Source of the DNA: Chiloscyllium plagiosum
Lineage: Eukaryota
NCBI RefSeq assembly: GCF_004010195.1
Contig: NC_057749.1
Coordinates: 23,666,999 to 23,730,998 of the forward strand
DNA: 64,000 bases
Reading direction: 5' to 3'
Part shown: positions 1 through 14,339 of the stretch, piece after piece
How the letters are laid out: each line of letters opens with the position of its first letter
Position numbering within the stretch: the stretch's first letter is position 1
Notes under the pieces: generated by a model
Told to the model about the DNA's origin: nothing
Databases searched by the model: none
What the model saw: the letters and a program-made list of their open reading frames with translations, nothing else
Program-made: the position numbers and the translations under genes

Positions 1-381
1 CTGGAGATGTCCTAAGTAAACTACTTTGCAGGCCTTTAGGATTTTTTAACATGTTGGAACAATGGAAGCAGCTTGAATGGGAGTGGTCAGTTCTCACAGA
101 GCAGGCTTTCTAGTTCTTTGTTAGCTTTAGCAGACAGCAGATGTTTGAGGCCCCAGAAGAGGTGGAAGCTTCAGTGAATGGCTCCTAACCGCTACTTTGT
201 CTGAAATCACTCAATGTTGTTTCCCCCTGGATTGGAGAACTGCAGGTAAGGATTGGGGTCTAAAAACTTACCTTTTGGCCAACGGGTGTGTTTATGGGAT
301 GTTACTGCTAGGTGGCCTGTACACAACTCTCACTAGGGTCTGGTTTCCTTTACAGTTCCTCAACAATACCCACACAGATTC

Positions 382-602
382 CACTCGGGACCCTTCAACT
401 CCAGGGCAATGTGGACTTCACCAGTTTCCTCATTTCCCCTCCCCCCACCTTACCCCAGTTCCAACCTTCTAGCTCAGCACTGTCCCCATGACCTGTCCTA
501 CCTGCCTATCTCCCTTCCCACCTACCCAAAACGTTGATTTTCCTGCCCCTCGGATGCTGCCCGACCTGCTGTGCTTTTCCAGCACCACTCTGATCTAAAT
601 CC
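382..602 (+). mobile_element. Short Penelope-derived insertion with TSD
   Basis: Same sequence as the 43680-44070 element (reverse orientation); TSD cacagattc at 373-381 and 603-611. Confidence 0.75.
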
Positions 603-874
603 CACAGATTCTATGCCTTTCAATTCTTGTCACTTCTTGATATAGATTTAATTTCTTACTAACAAGGCAACCCATGCTCCCGCCCATCATTTCAACAGGA
701 ATATTGGATATTTAATTCACAGCCCTGATCCCCTTGCAGCCATGTCTGAGATTCGTACAACACTACCTTCCAACTTCAATCTGTGCTACAAGCTCATTTA
801 CCTTCTTTCATATTTAAATACGACACCATCAGACCTGTGTTGACTGCCCCCCTTCTCATAGTTGTCCACGTCTT

Positions 875-1205
875 TCTTTTTTATTCATTCACAGGATGAG
901 GGCATTGCTGGCTATGCGGCATTTACTGCCCATCCCTAATTGCCCAGAGGGTGGTTAAGAGTCAACCACATTGCTGTGGGTCTGGAATCACATGCAAGAA
1001 TGGCAGATTCCTTCCCTGAAGGATATTAGTGAACCAGATCGGTTTTTCCAACAATCGGCAATACATGGCCATTACATTCTTCGCTCCAGATATTTAATTT
1101 AAATTCCACCATCTCCTGTGGCAGGATTCAACTCGAGGTCCCCATAACGTTATCTGGTTCTCTCGATTAAGAGTCCAGCGATAATACCACTAGGCCATCG
1201 TCTCC
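875..1205 (-). mobile_element. tRNA-derived SINE with L2-type tail
   Basis: Related copies at ~50570-50830, ~51150-51460 and ~51820-51970; tail ttactgcccatccctaattgccc. Confidence 0.7.
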
Positions 1206-1559
1206 TCTGCTGTGTCTGAAGTTAGATGTCCAAGTCTTTCCATACTCTGTCCTATCAATTTTTATGGAACTTGAATAAACTGAGTCCTCCCCATTGTTAG
1301 CTTTTTCCATAATTTTCCATGCAACCAGACCCACCATTTTTCACATTCGTTTTCACGAGATATCTGCGTGACACAAACTCCTTCAAGAAACCTGCAACTG
1401 AAAGATCTACAAACATGGTTTACGTCAACACACTAACTTCCAGGAAAATCAGCCACACTGGTTCTCCCAGCTTAATATTATGAGCCTGCCCATGTCGTTG
1501 CTCCTTTGCTTTACTATTTTTTTTAATAAATCTCCTTAGAGTAAGCCTAAGGCATATTC

Positions 1560-2260
1560 AAACTCACAATTAGAAAGCCGCTGTTCAGCCCTTCAAGCCT
1601 ACTCCATTAATTGTTTTCATGGTTGATCTGATTGTGGCCTTAATGCAACTTTTCTGTATATCCCCGACAACTTCTGAACACTTTGTCAATCAAGAATGCA
1701 ACTAATTCAGCCTGGAAAACACAGATACCACATCCACCACACTCTGGGAAAGAATTCCACAGACTAACAGCACTCAAAGTGTTTCCCCATTCTGAACCTG
1801 TGTCCTCCACAAATGAAAATATTCTTTCAGCATCCATCTGGTGAAATGCCTCAGGATCTTTTGTGTTTCAAAAGGACACCTCTTATTCTAATTGCTACAC
1901 AGGCCCAAACTGTCCAACCTTTCCTCATAAGGTTACTTCTTCATCCCAGGAATTAGTTGAGTGAAGCTTCTCTGAACTGCTTCTAATCCACTGATATTCT
2001 TAAAACAACACGGTACTCGAGATGTGGTCTCACCAAAACCTTGAACAACCACAGCATTACAAGTTGACATTTTCCCACATTATACATACACTCAATATTT
2101 CTCCCCGCCAACTCACAATCACTGATGTCCTCTTCGTAACTTATTCCCTTGCCCATTTTGGCATCATGAGCAAATTTAGCAACCATATATTTAGTCCCTT
2201 CATCCCAGTCATTGATATGGTTTGGAGTTAGTTGAGCTATTAACAGTGAACCCTATGGGA
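1560..2260 (-). mobile_element. CR1 3' fragment (old)
   Basis: VAKFAHDAK, LVRPHLEY, WNSFPE. Confidence 0.75.
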
Positions 2261-2632
2261 GTCCATTCATGTCAACCTGTCAATCCCTTATTTCTAAAAG
2301 CTTTGGCAAACTCAACATTTTAGCTTGTGTTCAGATCTTCATGTATTTATTCTCAACCCTTGTCCAGACGCACTGACATTTTCTACTACTTCACTGGTTA
2401 TAAACATTCACCTCGCTCACTTCACCACCCCCACAACTTGCCTGTTAAACCTCATTCCACTAGTTCACTGGGTTAGTTTAATGGTAAAATCCAAGTGTTG
2501 CGTGGGAAAATTCATGCAGTTTCTTTATAAAAAATTTTAAAAACATGTGTTGCCACAAAATAAGCTTTTGTTTTATTAATTTACATTAAATCACAAAACA
2601 GATGCAATATAATTATGCATTGAAGTACCTAC

Positions 2633-2695
2633 CAGGTTTGGCGTCCTTATAAACATAGCTTTCCAAGGAAAGCAAGAACTCTCCTGAAGAGGCAC
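2633..2695 (-). CDS. VPS13C: VPS13C exon 6, probably alternatively spliced ((G)ASSGEFLLSLESYVYKDAKP)
   Basis: gaag acceptor, GTAGGT donor, 63 nt, symmetric phase 1-1; resembles the VPS13C-specific human GTHSGEFIYGLENFVYKDIKPG. Confidence 0.9.
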
Positions 2696-2859
2696 CTTCA
2701 TCCCAATACGCAGCAATAAGGATAAAATATTATACATGAAGACAACATTCGCAATTCAATAATGAGAACAAAAATCACTTCAACTAGATCTCCACATTTG
2801 AGCATGAAAACAATGTTGTATTAAATAAAATTCAACAGATAGTTCATCCTTCAAATATC

Positions 2860-3030
2860 TCACAATCCAAAGATGTGCAGCTCAGGTGAATTGGCCATGC
2901 TAAATTGCCCGTAGTGTTAGGTGCATTAGTCAGAGGGAAATGGGTCAGGGTGGATTACTCTTCAGAGGGTCGGTGTGGACTGGCTGGGCCGAAGGGCCTG
3001 TTTCCACACTGTGGAGAATCTAATCTATCC
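2860..3030 (+). mobile_element. HE1-like shark SINE (body/3' part)
   Basis: cacaatccaaagatgtgcag...gctaaattgccc...gggccgaagggcctgtttcc; related to 58470-58790. Confidence 0.75.
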
Positions 3031-6000
3031 AACAATAATTGGAGAAATATATCAATCTTTCCCTTTGGATTTGCTGTTACGATCAACGTCATTGAGTCTT
3101 AAAGACAAGCAAGGCAACATAAATCACCTGCTGGAATTAAATGTATTTCTTCCAAGGTAGGATGCAACGATTGATCTGATCACACATTTAGGCCTGGCAC
3201 CCCCGATCTTTAATTGGATAATAGTGAAGAGCCAATGATAGCTCTGACCTAGTATGAGTCACTGTTCAAGGAGAAAAGAGGATCAAGGACAAAAAGGAGT
3301 TAAAAACAGAGAGAGAAATTAGAAATACATTGGTCGAGGAATTAAATCTTGATTAACTTGTGAGCCTAAAACACAGATAGCTACAAAATTATTCTAAGTT
3401 CATGATAAAGTGGAGAAACAAAATGAAAAACAATATTTTGTAAGTTACAACTGTCTCAAAAACACATTTAAAAAAGATATAATTAACAATTCGTGCTAAA
3501 TTAAAATAATCTATTGAATTAAATTGAAGTTCAGAAATTCCAAGCCATTAGAAGTTAGTTCATCATACATGCATAAAATCCATTCAAACTGCAAACCAGC
3601 ACTCATCATCCAATATTCTCTACCACTTATGCAGATCAAAGACATTCATAAGGTCAACAGGATTTACCAACTGAACAAGAAAAAACAATACTTAAGCTAC
3701 CTTACATATACAAAGCCATTTAAATTAAAAACCATCTAATAGAGAGAAGAAAATTTAATAAAATCCTTCTTGGGAGTATTCACAAATCAATCATTCAGTA
3801 ATTTGAATTCAAATTATTTGACAGCACAAAAATCTATTTTGAAGATTCAGGAGTAAACTGGCACAACACAGAAACTAATCACACGTGCTTAGAACACCGT
3901 ACAATCAAGCTAGATTTGTCTAACTACTTTGGAGAAATCGAGATCCAATTAATATCTATGTTGAATAGGTAACTAAGGAATTGCTTTATTATCAATCATA
4001 ATGCAATTAGAAGTTACTTTCAAGAAAACTAGGAAATTAAGAAACATCATTTTACTTTCATCCAAAGGACAAGTTAATTTAACTAGATTATTCATGAGGG
4101 CAAACAAGGCAGCTGACTTTGTAAATTAAGAGAATTCATAGATGAACGTGACCGCCTCGTTATAAAATTAAGGTTCGGACTCAAGTACACTCAACTTTCC
4201 AATCTTTATCCTGAGGAAACAATCTAAAGACAGGATGAAAGGAATGAAGACCGTAAGAGCTGTGCTTCATCAATAAGATTGTAAAATATGTGTATTTGTT
4301 CCGTTCCTCCAACAGGAATACAAGACAGTCTGAACACCAACACGAAAAATTAACACTTCCTATTGCTGTACTGAGGCACTTTGAAAACAGAATGCTGGGC
4401 CACATCATGATCAAAAAACCTCTTTTGCAGGTATTTTTAGACTCAAGATAATAACATTTGTTCATCCTTGAGCAACCTAACTTACAGTCAACAGTTATAC
4501 CATACAGCTCTTTAATCCGTCTACGTATTACGATACTATCTGTTTAATACAAGATACGGATTTCTAACATTAATATCCTAACACAGTCCCAGATAATGAC
4601 AAGATAAGCAGCCTGGGTCAAGGGACAGAGAATGAAGAAAAAAATAAATTGAGATAGCACACCATCCATCTTTCATAAATGACTTAAACAAATTCCAGAT
4701 TTGGAACATTTTATCTTTTATTTTCATTTTGATTTCTTGGAGGAAAAGAACGTGTTTTGCACCTACAATAACTTCCACAAGTTAGCTTTATGCTTCATTT
4801 GACATTTCCCTGCTAGTAGTACTGAGCCAAAACATTCTGCAAAATATTCAATGCATCTTTCTTCCTATTGCCATTCTACTTCTATCAATGTATTAACGTT
4901 ACAGACAGGAGTTCAATCTTTCAAACTGTATGTCATTCAGTACCTCCCACAAGACGCCATTTATACTGACCCTTAAAAGCAGGAAAGTCTTTACTTTTAG
5001 TTGTGAACTAAATTCCCACTCTTAAACAACATTCCACAGCTTTCAGATCAATCATTCATACAGGAATTTTGTGCTGTCAAAGAGGTGGATTGTTTGTTCG
5101 TTCAATAGGACATACCCTAATAAACTCACTGTTAATTATTAAGGCATATGCTATACACATCAATTCCAAATATAGATTACATCTTTTGATGCAAGAGCAA
5201 TTAGCCTGTACGTTTCTAGGTCAAAAGTGTGCCTTTTTCCTAAGCGCAAGTAGTGTTTACACACTGCTAACCTTTCAGAATGTCTCCACTTCCCAATTAA
5301 TTTTCCAACACCTAAAGAACACATTTTCTCATTCCATTAGCAATTATACACAATGGCAGCTATCTGGAATAATTTTGCAGATAACATTGAGCATAACAAG
5401 GAGCTGCAGTCAACTATTGCACATTACTATACCTTCTGTTGGGCTATATTCTTGGTGAAATTTGTTTGATTTCTTTTACCACGAGAGTAGTGATTTCAAC
5501 TGCAACCATCCAAAATGTGCCAGTTCCTCGATGTGCTCATGTTAGACACCCAGCCCTTCGCACAGTCTTTGAGTCTTTCACAATGAGAATTTGGGTATAC
5601 TGCACTCCATAATCCAATACTACCTTGAGATGCTACCATAGATGGTTCACTCAAAACTCGAATACGAGCCAGACAACTGATCTTTACATTTCATGCATGC
5701 TGACACGACATCATGATATGTCAAAAGGCACAAAGTGGCAAAAAAACACTGCCGCCAAGTTGCCTTTTGTCCATCCCCACCTATCCTAGTCATTCTGTGA
5801 CTATGGTTACATGATCCATTTAAGCTAATCACGAGCAGACCAACATCCCCCAGACCCTGAAGATATGGATGAATGCCATTCTTCTCTTGTATCCCTTCGA
5901 TTCCTGACCTTTACCTAATGCTTGCTTCACCAAGCATTTCTGTTCAAATGAATAGTGTTTTCACAGATTGAGCACTGATCCCTTAAAAATCACCAAGTCA

Positions 6001-7496
6001 CTGTGATACATTGTAGATGTTGTCACCTCAGGACCCTCAACTCCAAAGCAGAAGTAATCATTCTCTGCTCCCGAGACACTATCTCAGATGAAAAGGGTAC
6101 CAAATTTCAGCACCTTCATGCTAAACAAGTTCAGGAAATAGCCAAAAATATTTAAAATGTTTCACTTAGCACTGAGAGTAACAAACAGTGGGATAAGTGC
6201 CTGAAAGTTTCAGCAAGTAATTGTGTTTTAGTTCAATCAGGTTTGAGCATCACCAAGTCACAGACAAAGGAGTGGGGTGTCAGGAAAGAACCCATCAGAA
6301 TTTTCTTACTGGAGAAAGTGTGCAACTGTCCCAATTTTCTGAAAATTAAAATATAATAACCATTTCATCTAACACGGATCCCCACGTCACCTCCCTAATA
6401 CTTAATCTATTCCCTTCTCAGCACAAATAAACCTATACCACGAACACAATTGGCAATTTTCACAAAAAAATGTTAAGCCATTAAGTAACTTGAAGGAACA
6501 AGTGTGTTAATAAAAAGGCTCCATTAGGACAAACAAAACTTTATAAAATTTCATGCAGCAATAAGCCACTTAAGTCTGTATAAATGTTTGGAGGATTCAT
6601 TCAGCTAACTAGGGAGCACTTCACATGCCTAAGCACCAGCCAAGAAAAATAAGCTAATCGAACACTACATGCACTCAGCAACAGAAACTACTCAACATGT
6701 TCTGAGCGACACAGATCAAGACATTGAAAACTAGTTGGATGTTAAAATTCTGCATATTGGAAAACTATATTTGTGACTACATTATCCTTCATCATTAAAT
6801 AGCTGCAGTTTATTGTACATATAAACAAGCCTGCATCTAAATGGAAGATGTTGACACTCATCCTGTCTGCACAATAAAGGAAGACAGTAAATGAATTGAA
6901 ATGTGCGGAAAGCATAACCAAGCACTTTAACTTCCACACAAACCAGTCAACAGCTTGCATCACACCTCACTGCAATGGACAATTGAAAACTCAAGTCTGC
7001 AGTCTTGATATTGCTTTCTGTTAAGGTAAAACTCCTTTGTTACTCCAATATCACTGCCTATTTTAGTGCCAAGCCACAGCTATTCAACACAGGCAACAAC
7101 AGGGATGCTCAACACATTCACAAAAGGAAACACACTCATCATTTTAAAAGCAACTACTTTTCAAGAAAATAGATTTTCATAGTTGGGACAACCAAACGTC
7201 AAAGAAAATTGTGTATGTTACTTGAAGGAAAATAAAAAGGTTTTACACACTTCTTGTAGTTGGTTAGGTACAACATTTTTGGGACAGATACAAAATAAAT
7301 GCAACCTGCAAGTGAATTTTCAAAACCATGAATTGATTTTAAAACTTCACTGGCTTAAATATGCATGAAGAAAAAACAAATATTGCTCTGATTGAATCAA
7401 ACACCTTAGCCGACCTTCCAAATTAAACTAAATTGATTTATATCCCTTTTCCTTCTGTAATGCCGGTATGGACTGAAAGCCTGACATCTGGCACAG

Positions 7497-8030
7497 ATCA
7501 TACAGCATAGAAACAGACCCTTTGGACCAACTAGTCCATGTTGACCAAGTTTCCCAAACTGAAGTCATTCCCATCTACCTGCATTTAGTCCATATTCCTC
7601 TAAACCTTTCTTGTTCATGTACTTATCCAAATGTCTTTTATAATGTTGTAACTGTACCTGCATCTACCACTTCCTCTGGTAGTTCAGTCCATATACGAAC
7701 CACCGTCTGTGTAAAAGAAAAGTTGCCCCTCAAATCCCTTTTAAAGCTTTCCCCTCTCATATTAAAGATATGGCCCCTAGTTTTGAACCTTCCCATCCTA
7801 GGGAAAAGACCTTTGCTATCACCTTATCTATGCCCCTCTTGAATTTATAAACCTCTGTCAGGTCACGCCTCAACCTCTTATGCTTCAGGGCAAAAGGTCC
7901 CAGCATATCCAGACTATCCTTATAATAAACCCTCCAGTCCCACCAAAATCATGGCAAATCTTTTTTTAAACCCTCTCAAATTCAATAATACCATTCCTAT
8001 AAGCACTGACCAAAACTGTGCATAGTACTC
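7497..8030 (-). mobile_element. CR1 3' fragment
   Basis: Reverse complement of the CR1 tail seen at 12700-13085. Confidence 0.8.
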
Positions 8031-8432
8031 CCGACCCCAACAGTCTGGTGCATACAGTTCTCATTGAATAACTTCCCATTCAAATTCTGCCTGCTCAGGT
8101 TAATAATTCATTGCCGTTGTTTTCTCAGATGTACTGCACATTCTAATTCTCAATACTGGTTAATTTGATTCAGCAAAAAAAAACTTGTTTTAGTTTGTCA
8201 TTTTTTAAAAAACTTTTTAAATGGTGCTTTGCGACAAATGATAGCCAAAAATACCGTTGACTTTCATCTTTCCAACACATGTTTATAGATTTGTTTGCTT
8301 GCTCATGGTTGAAGACCCCTCAACACTCAAGATTAAAGGCTACAAGCCAGAATACAATCATCAAAATCAAATTACATCCACTATGAACAACACCGTAAAG
8401 GCTAGCAGAGATTTCTCGCACAATTTCCATAC

Positions 8433-8534
8433 CTTTCATTGCTGCTTTTTGCAATGCATCTTCAATTCGAAGTAGTTCTTTCTGTTTGTTCTCCTGCAGC
8501 TGTTTCTCTTCCTTTTCAGCATCGTACTGGATAC
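8433..8534 (-). CDS. VPS13C: VPS13C coding exon 5 ((S)IQYDAEKEEKQLQENKQKELLRIEDALQKAAMK)
   Basis: ttcctgcag acceptor, GTATG donor, 102 nt; matches human SIKYDAVKEEKSLQDVKQKELSRIEEALQKAAEK as recalled. Confidence 0.95.
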
Positions 8535-8640
8535 CTGCAGGAACAAATAATCATTGTGAAGTTGTACAATGCATATACTGATTGCATTTTACCCACCTCT
8601 AGACCAAATAAACAGGAGTAAAAGGGCAAGTCAGACACAA

Positions 8641-8766
8641 ATCCTGATAAGGGCTTATCCCCAAAACACTGATTCTCCTGCTTCTTGGGTGGTGCCTGAC
8701 CGGCTGTGCTTTTCCAGCGCTACACTCTCGACTGGCATCTCCAGCATCTGCAGTGCTCACTTTCTC
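8641..8766 (+). mobile_element. Short Penelope-derived insertion (degenerate hammerhead at 5' end)
   Basis: 14-bp TSD caagtcagacacaa at 8627-8640 and 8767-8780. Confidence 0.8.
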
Positions 8767-10369
8767 CAAGTCAGACACAAGTCTGTTTAAATGCAGTGAT
8801 AAATGAGGTAGCATCACTAAACTCAAAATACAGTAATCTATGATCCTGCCCAGCTATTTGAACAAAGTCAAATCTGCTACTTTGCAGCAGGATACATGAT
8901 AAAGAAAGTAATATTTGAAATACGAATGGTGGAAAGCGATCTTTAATAACCGCTGGGAATGCACAAAGGGAGGCGATCCTCAACTTATTACAACAAATGC
9001 TTCTAACTTTTCACTGACCTATAAACCAATTTCACAGATTTGGAACTGGTAATTCATCAGAACTCAAAAATTTGCTGAGAATTGTTAAAAGCAGTGGGCA
9101 ATCAGTGGAGAATACAAGGAAAAAAGATTAATTCTTGTTATTTGATCATGAAAGGATACTTTTGGTTCCTAAATCAATTTGAAAAGCTAACTGTAACATT
9201 GAAAAATTCTCAGAGCAAACTATAACATCTGGACCAAAATTTGCATTCCCTGCCATATGTTTAAGATCAAATAGCTTATGATTTAAAGGAATAATGCTGA
9301 ATGTATTTATTTGTAATTATTTTCTGGATAATAGGTCTGCACTAACCTTGGTAATATTATCTGGCACAGAAAATGGCTGTGCAAAGAGCTCTCCGTAGTT
9401 GATAAGGTAACACACAAGTCACAGGCACGCTCATTAAACAATTTAAAATTTATGAGCTGTTCATCTGGTGAATGATGACTCAGCCTGTCAGCACACAATG
9501 CAAACCTTTTTTTCAAATTTGATTCTCAGGTTCTTAACATCATGGCAAGAGCAACATTTGTTGCCCATCGCAAATTGGCTTCCTACAGGTGGCGGTGAGC
9601 AATCACTTTGAATTGCTGCAGCCCTTGTGGTGTTTGAAATAACTGGTGGAATAGGTGGTAACCACAACAGGCTATAGCCAATACATCGACAGTAGCTAGC
9701 TCAAATGCTGATAACAATGAATTTAAAAAACAGCATCCATCTCGCCTTCAATTAGATGCAGCACTGTTCAATAATAGTGCTCAGAGTGCTCAACAAAACC
9801 ATGGCTACAGCTACAATTCCTATGAATCTAAATAAAAACAGGAATTGAAATCTCGCTCAAAGTGAAACTGAAAGGCACCCTTCAGCAGAAACTGAATGCA
9901 ATCAGAGAACTGGAAACAGTTGCACAAAACAATTGATGATTATGAATTTTGCAATTCTGAATCCTACAAGCTGAAACCAATACCATAAATCACACCATTC
10001 CAGGATGAAACCTTAAAGGTACTGCACTATATTCAAAGGATATATGAATATTGAGGGGTCAGTTCAGGCAATTATTTCCAAAACAGCTGACCCCATGAGC
10101 ACCATTCTGTTAAGTATTCTTTAATTCGGCTAGAGACACCAGTTAAGTAGATTAGGTTGGGTTCACAATCACAGCAGAATAGATTGTTCTATTTCATATT
10201 TCTCTTGTTCTATTTCATGTGACAGGTGTCTGCAAAACTACTTCAAAGGCTTTTGGTTCCTGGGATCTATGATTTCAGAGCAACTACCTTGACCCAAATA
10301 TCCCAACGCTACTCCCACCCATCATTCTCTCCTCCCCCCCCTCCCACTCCAAAACCCAGCAAAAACAAA

Positions 10370-11700
10370 ACTCCCTCATCCAATGTTGCTCTTTAAGAAG
10401 GGCAAAAAGAAAAACCAGGGAATTACAGATCAGTTAGCCTAACATCTATAATTGAGAAATTATTAGTTAATCAGAGAGAGAGCCAACATGTATTCACAAC
10501 AGGCAGGTCATGCCTGACAAACTTCATTGAATCTTTCGAAGGTGACTGAGGTAGTGGACTGGGAATGTATATGGATGTTGTTTATATGGATTTACAGAAG
10601 GTATTTTATTAAATCTTTCACAAAGTGAGACTGTTAACGAAGATAGAAGTCCACAGAATTGAGGGCAAATTACTGACATAGCTGGGAAACTGGTTGGGTG
10701 GCAGGCAACAGATTGAGGGATAATGGGGAAGTACTCAAAATGGTAGGACGTCCCAGTCATGTCACACAAGGATCTCTGCAAACAGAGCCTCTATTCATAT
10801 TATTTATTAACAACTCAGATAATGGAATAGAAAGTCAGATTTCCAAATCTGCTAACAGCACAGGCAGCATTGTAGACAGTTTAGATGATAGCATAAAATC
10901 ACAAAGGGATGTTGATAGACTAAGTGAATGGGCAAAATTGTGGCACTCAATGTAAGCAACTGACAGATTATCAATTTTGGATTGAAAAAAGATTTGATTA
11001 GGGGACTTTCTAAATGGTACGAAGTTACTTACAGTGGATACTCAAAGAGACTTGTGTACACAGGTGCATACATCTTTAAGATGTCACAAAGAGGCAGAAA
11101 ATAATCAGGAAAGCTAATGGGATGCTGGCCTTTATATCTAGATGACCAGAGTACATGGATGCACAGGTTATGCAGCAGTTATACAAAGCCTTAGTAGACC
11201 CCATTTGGAATAAGAGTGCAAATCTGGGCATCTTACCTTCAAAAAGATATACCGTATTGGACTTGGAGGGAATACACTGTAGTCCAAATGATAAGATATG
11301 AGGAGAGATAACACAAATTAAGTTTATTTTCTCTAGAATTTAGAAGGTTAAGGGGTGATCTGATTGAAGTCTTCAAGATAATAACAGGAAAAGACAGGGT
11401 AGATGAAGATAAACTATTTCCACTGGTTGGAGATTCTCGAACTAGAGGTATGGTCTAAAAATTAGGGCTAGGCTGTTTAAAAGAGACATAAGAAAGTACG
11501 TCTACACACAAAGGATGGTAGATGTTTGGAATAATCTACCACAAATCAGCTGTTAATTTTACATGTGATAGATAATATCTTTGCTCAACAAAAAAAAAGG
11601 GTTTTGGACCAAAGGCAGGTATATGGAGTTAGGCCACAGATGAGCCATAATCTCAGTGACTGGTAGAATAAGTTCAAGGGGCTGAATGTTCCTCTGCAAA
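10370..11700 (+). mobile_element. CR1 RT fragment (old)
   Basis: PGNYRSVSLTS, SCLTN, MDFxK and ISKSAN remnants plus 3' tail. Confidence 0.8.
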
Positions 11701-12081
11701 TTCAGAATGAAATTTTACCTGTGCTTACTTGGCATTTGAAATGGCAGATTCAGTGCCCAATGCAACAGCCCAGTTCGCCTATATGATTGGGCTGGCACTG
11801 GATATTAGTTAAGAGTTTATGCCAAATGAGAGGTATAGTGAACAAAGACAATGATATTGACTGGTTAAGAATCAATGTTCAGATCAGAAACAAGTTGGCT
11901 ATTAGGTTTGCTTATAGATTCTGGCCCAACAATTCAAAGATCTCAGCCACAAGACAATAAAATCCAGATATAACCGCAAAGCTGGAAGTTGCAGACCTCA
12001 TGCTTTACAAGGGCAGCAAGGGTCTGGATTAGTGGTGCTGGAAGAGCACAGCAGTTCAGGCAGCATCTAAGGAGCTTCGAA

Positions 12082-12113
12082 ATAGACGTTTCGGGCAAAA
12101 GCCCTTCATCAGC
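12082..12113 (-). ncRNA. Minimal hammerhead-ribozyme-like motif in a Penelope-derived insertion (12025-12109)
   Basis: CTGATGA-A-GGGC-TTTT-GCCC-GAAA-CGTC; TSD cagcaagggtc at 12014-12024 and 12110-12120. Confidence 0.6.
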
Positions 12114-12696
12114 AAGGGTCCACCGGACCATCCATCCTCCCTCTTCACAGGTCATCTGTAAAGCTGCACAGCACAGAGCTAACTGCTACAAATGTGTATG
12201 TTTAAGTAAACAATCACCACTCTCTATTTACCTCTGCCTTCAGGTATGTCAACTCTGAACAACTGATACTATAACAAAATGTTAATTTCAAGACTGTTAT
12301 ACGATGAGGCTTTAAATGATAGTCAGACACTGCTCAGCCTCTATTTCTTCTTTTCAGCCATCTTAAGTGTGAAATTTGATTGCAGCCTTACAATCACTTG
12401 CTAATACAATATCTGGATAGTTTCAAAATAAAAATCTTCCAAACAGATGGTTATAATTAAGCTTTGGCAAAGGGGTAGAAGATGAGGTTAACTTTCTACC
12501 TTTACAGTTCAAAAAGGGTTAATAGAATATGAACAAATTCAATCAAAATTGATCAAAGGTGACATTCAAAGTACTCTGGACTTGTATAAATATGACTGTA
12601 CTTTGCTGCTTAGGACAAAGCTTTTACTGCGAAACAGTACGCAAGATAAACGCTAGAGTGCAATCTGGGCACCCATCTCTCTGTTTTCCCTGGAGC

Positions 12697-13085
12697 AGAG
12701 GCTGAGGGGTGACCTGATAGAGGTTTACAAAATTATGAGGGGCATGGATAGGGTAAATAGGCAAAGTCTTTTCCCTGGGGTGAGGGAGTCCAGAACTAGA
12801 GGGCATAGGTTTAGGGTGAGAAGGGAAAGATATAAATGAGACCCAAGGGGCGACTTTTTCACGCAGAGGATGGTACGTGTATGGAATGAGCTACCAGAGG
12901 AAGTGGTGAAGGCTGGTACAATTACAACATTTAAGAGGCATTTGGATTGGTATATGAATAGGAAGGGTTTGGAGGGATATGGGTAGGGTGCTGGCAGGTG
13001 GGACTAGATTGGGTTGGGATATCAGGTCGGCATGGATGGATTGGACCGAAGGGTCTGTTTCCATGCTGTACATCTCTATGACTCA
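12697..13085 (+). mobile_element. CR1 3' end (young)
   Basis: RLRGDLIEVYKIM...TFKRHLD; tail ctctatgactc; near-identical to 55631-56020. Confidence 0.88.
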
Positions 13086-13462
13086 ATGCTGCTGCCAGTT
13101 GGATATTTAGACCCAGAGTCTGCAATCAGAAATCTGTGGTACACATCTCAAAAGAAAAATCAAGAAATTCATCAACCACAAGTATGACTTGTTGGATGGC
13201 AAGAAGCATTCAAAGAAAATCTTTAAAGTGGACAGAATTTGGTATATTAACTAATATTTGTTTAGTGGGTGCAGGAAAAGTGACCCCCTTTAGGTCAGAA
13301 GTCCAAATCAAGAATGTGTTAAAGGTTACTAAAGAAATACCTTTGCTCGAGACAAATGAACTCCATATGCAAGAATATAATTCCACAGATCTTTACCATG
13401 TGAAGGCCCAGGAGTGTGTCAAACCATACTGTAGAAGCAAATTACTGCTGGAATCTGTACTT

Positions 13463-13626
13463 AAAACAACAAATGCTGGAAATCACAATGATTCCGACAG
13501 CATCCATGGACAGAGTGCAAGCTAACATTGAGTCTAGATGACTCATCATCTAGACTCAAAACGTTAGCTTGCTATCTGTTCATGGATGCTGCCTGACCCA
13601 CTGTGATCTCCAGCATTTGTTGTTTT
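13463..13626. repeat. Palindromic Penelope-derived element (another family)
   Basis: aaaacaacaaatgctgga...gagtctagatga / tcatctagactc...tccagcatttgttgtttt. Confidence 0.75.
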
Positions 13627-14339
13627 CAGTGCGTCAGAACACGTCTGAACAGACGTATTTATAATTGAGTTTTACATTGGACTTTTGAGTGGGACACAAA
13701 AAGGACAACATGACGTTTCTTTGCATTCTCTATCTAGAGGAACGATTCACAAGACAATGGAATTCAGCAGACTGAAGCATTTGTAAAACGTGGCCCAACG
13801 ACTAGCTCTGTTAAGCTCTGCACCCCTTTAAATACTTACCAGTCTGCGGTGCTTATCACGAGGGAGTGGGAGAAGAACATCTTTCTACCAGATTAGATAA
13901 CTAGATTACTTCATCCTTTTAAACACAGCAGACAACACCAAAGTACTTCATATAGCAAGGGCGAGTAGGAAGTATATCTTCAAATATAGGGGCTTTGAGC
14001 CAAAATATTTTTATTCAGTAACCTTTAATTTTTTTTCCTTGAAAAAGAAGCGAAGATTGACTTGATTAAATTTTCAATGACTGATGCCCATCCAATAGAG
14101 TTATTTTGAAACAGAAAATCATCTTGAAAGGCTCAGCAGAATAAGGTTGGAGGCAGCCCATATGGACCATCACTGACAAACTCCCCAAGCACAATTTGAA
14201 TCTGTGTGGCAGCTACATTGTAAATGAATGGGAGATGAAAACCGGGGAAAAGGGAGACAAAATAATGAACAAAATCTTTAATTATATGTGGCTACTGAAA
14301 TAAAAATCCATTCAGATTCAGTAGAACATCAATAAAAGG

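Noticed and set aside
1..350. Possible LTR fragment at the window edge
   Set aside because: Truncated by the window; no termini or TSD can be verified
1..2632. VPS13C exon 7 (lysine-rich RKRKKHKKH-type)
   Set aside because: No matching minus-strand reading with splice sites found; presumably beyond the left edge
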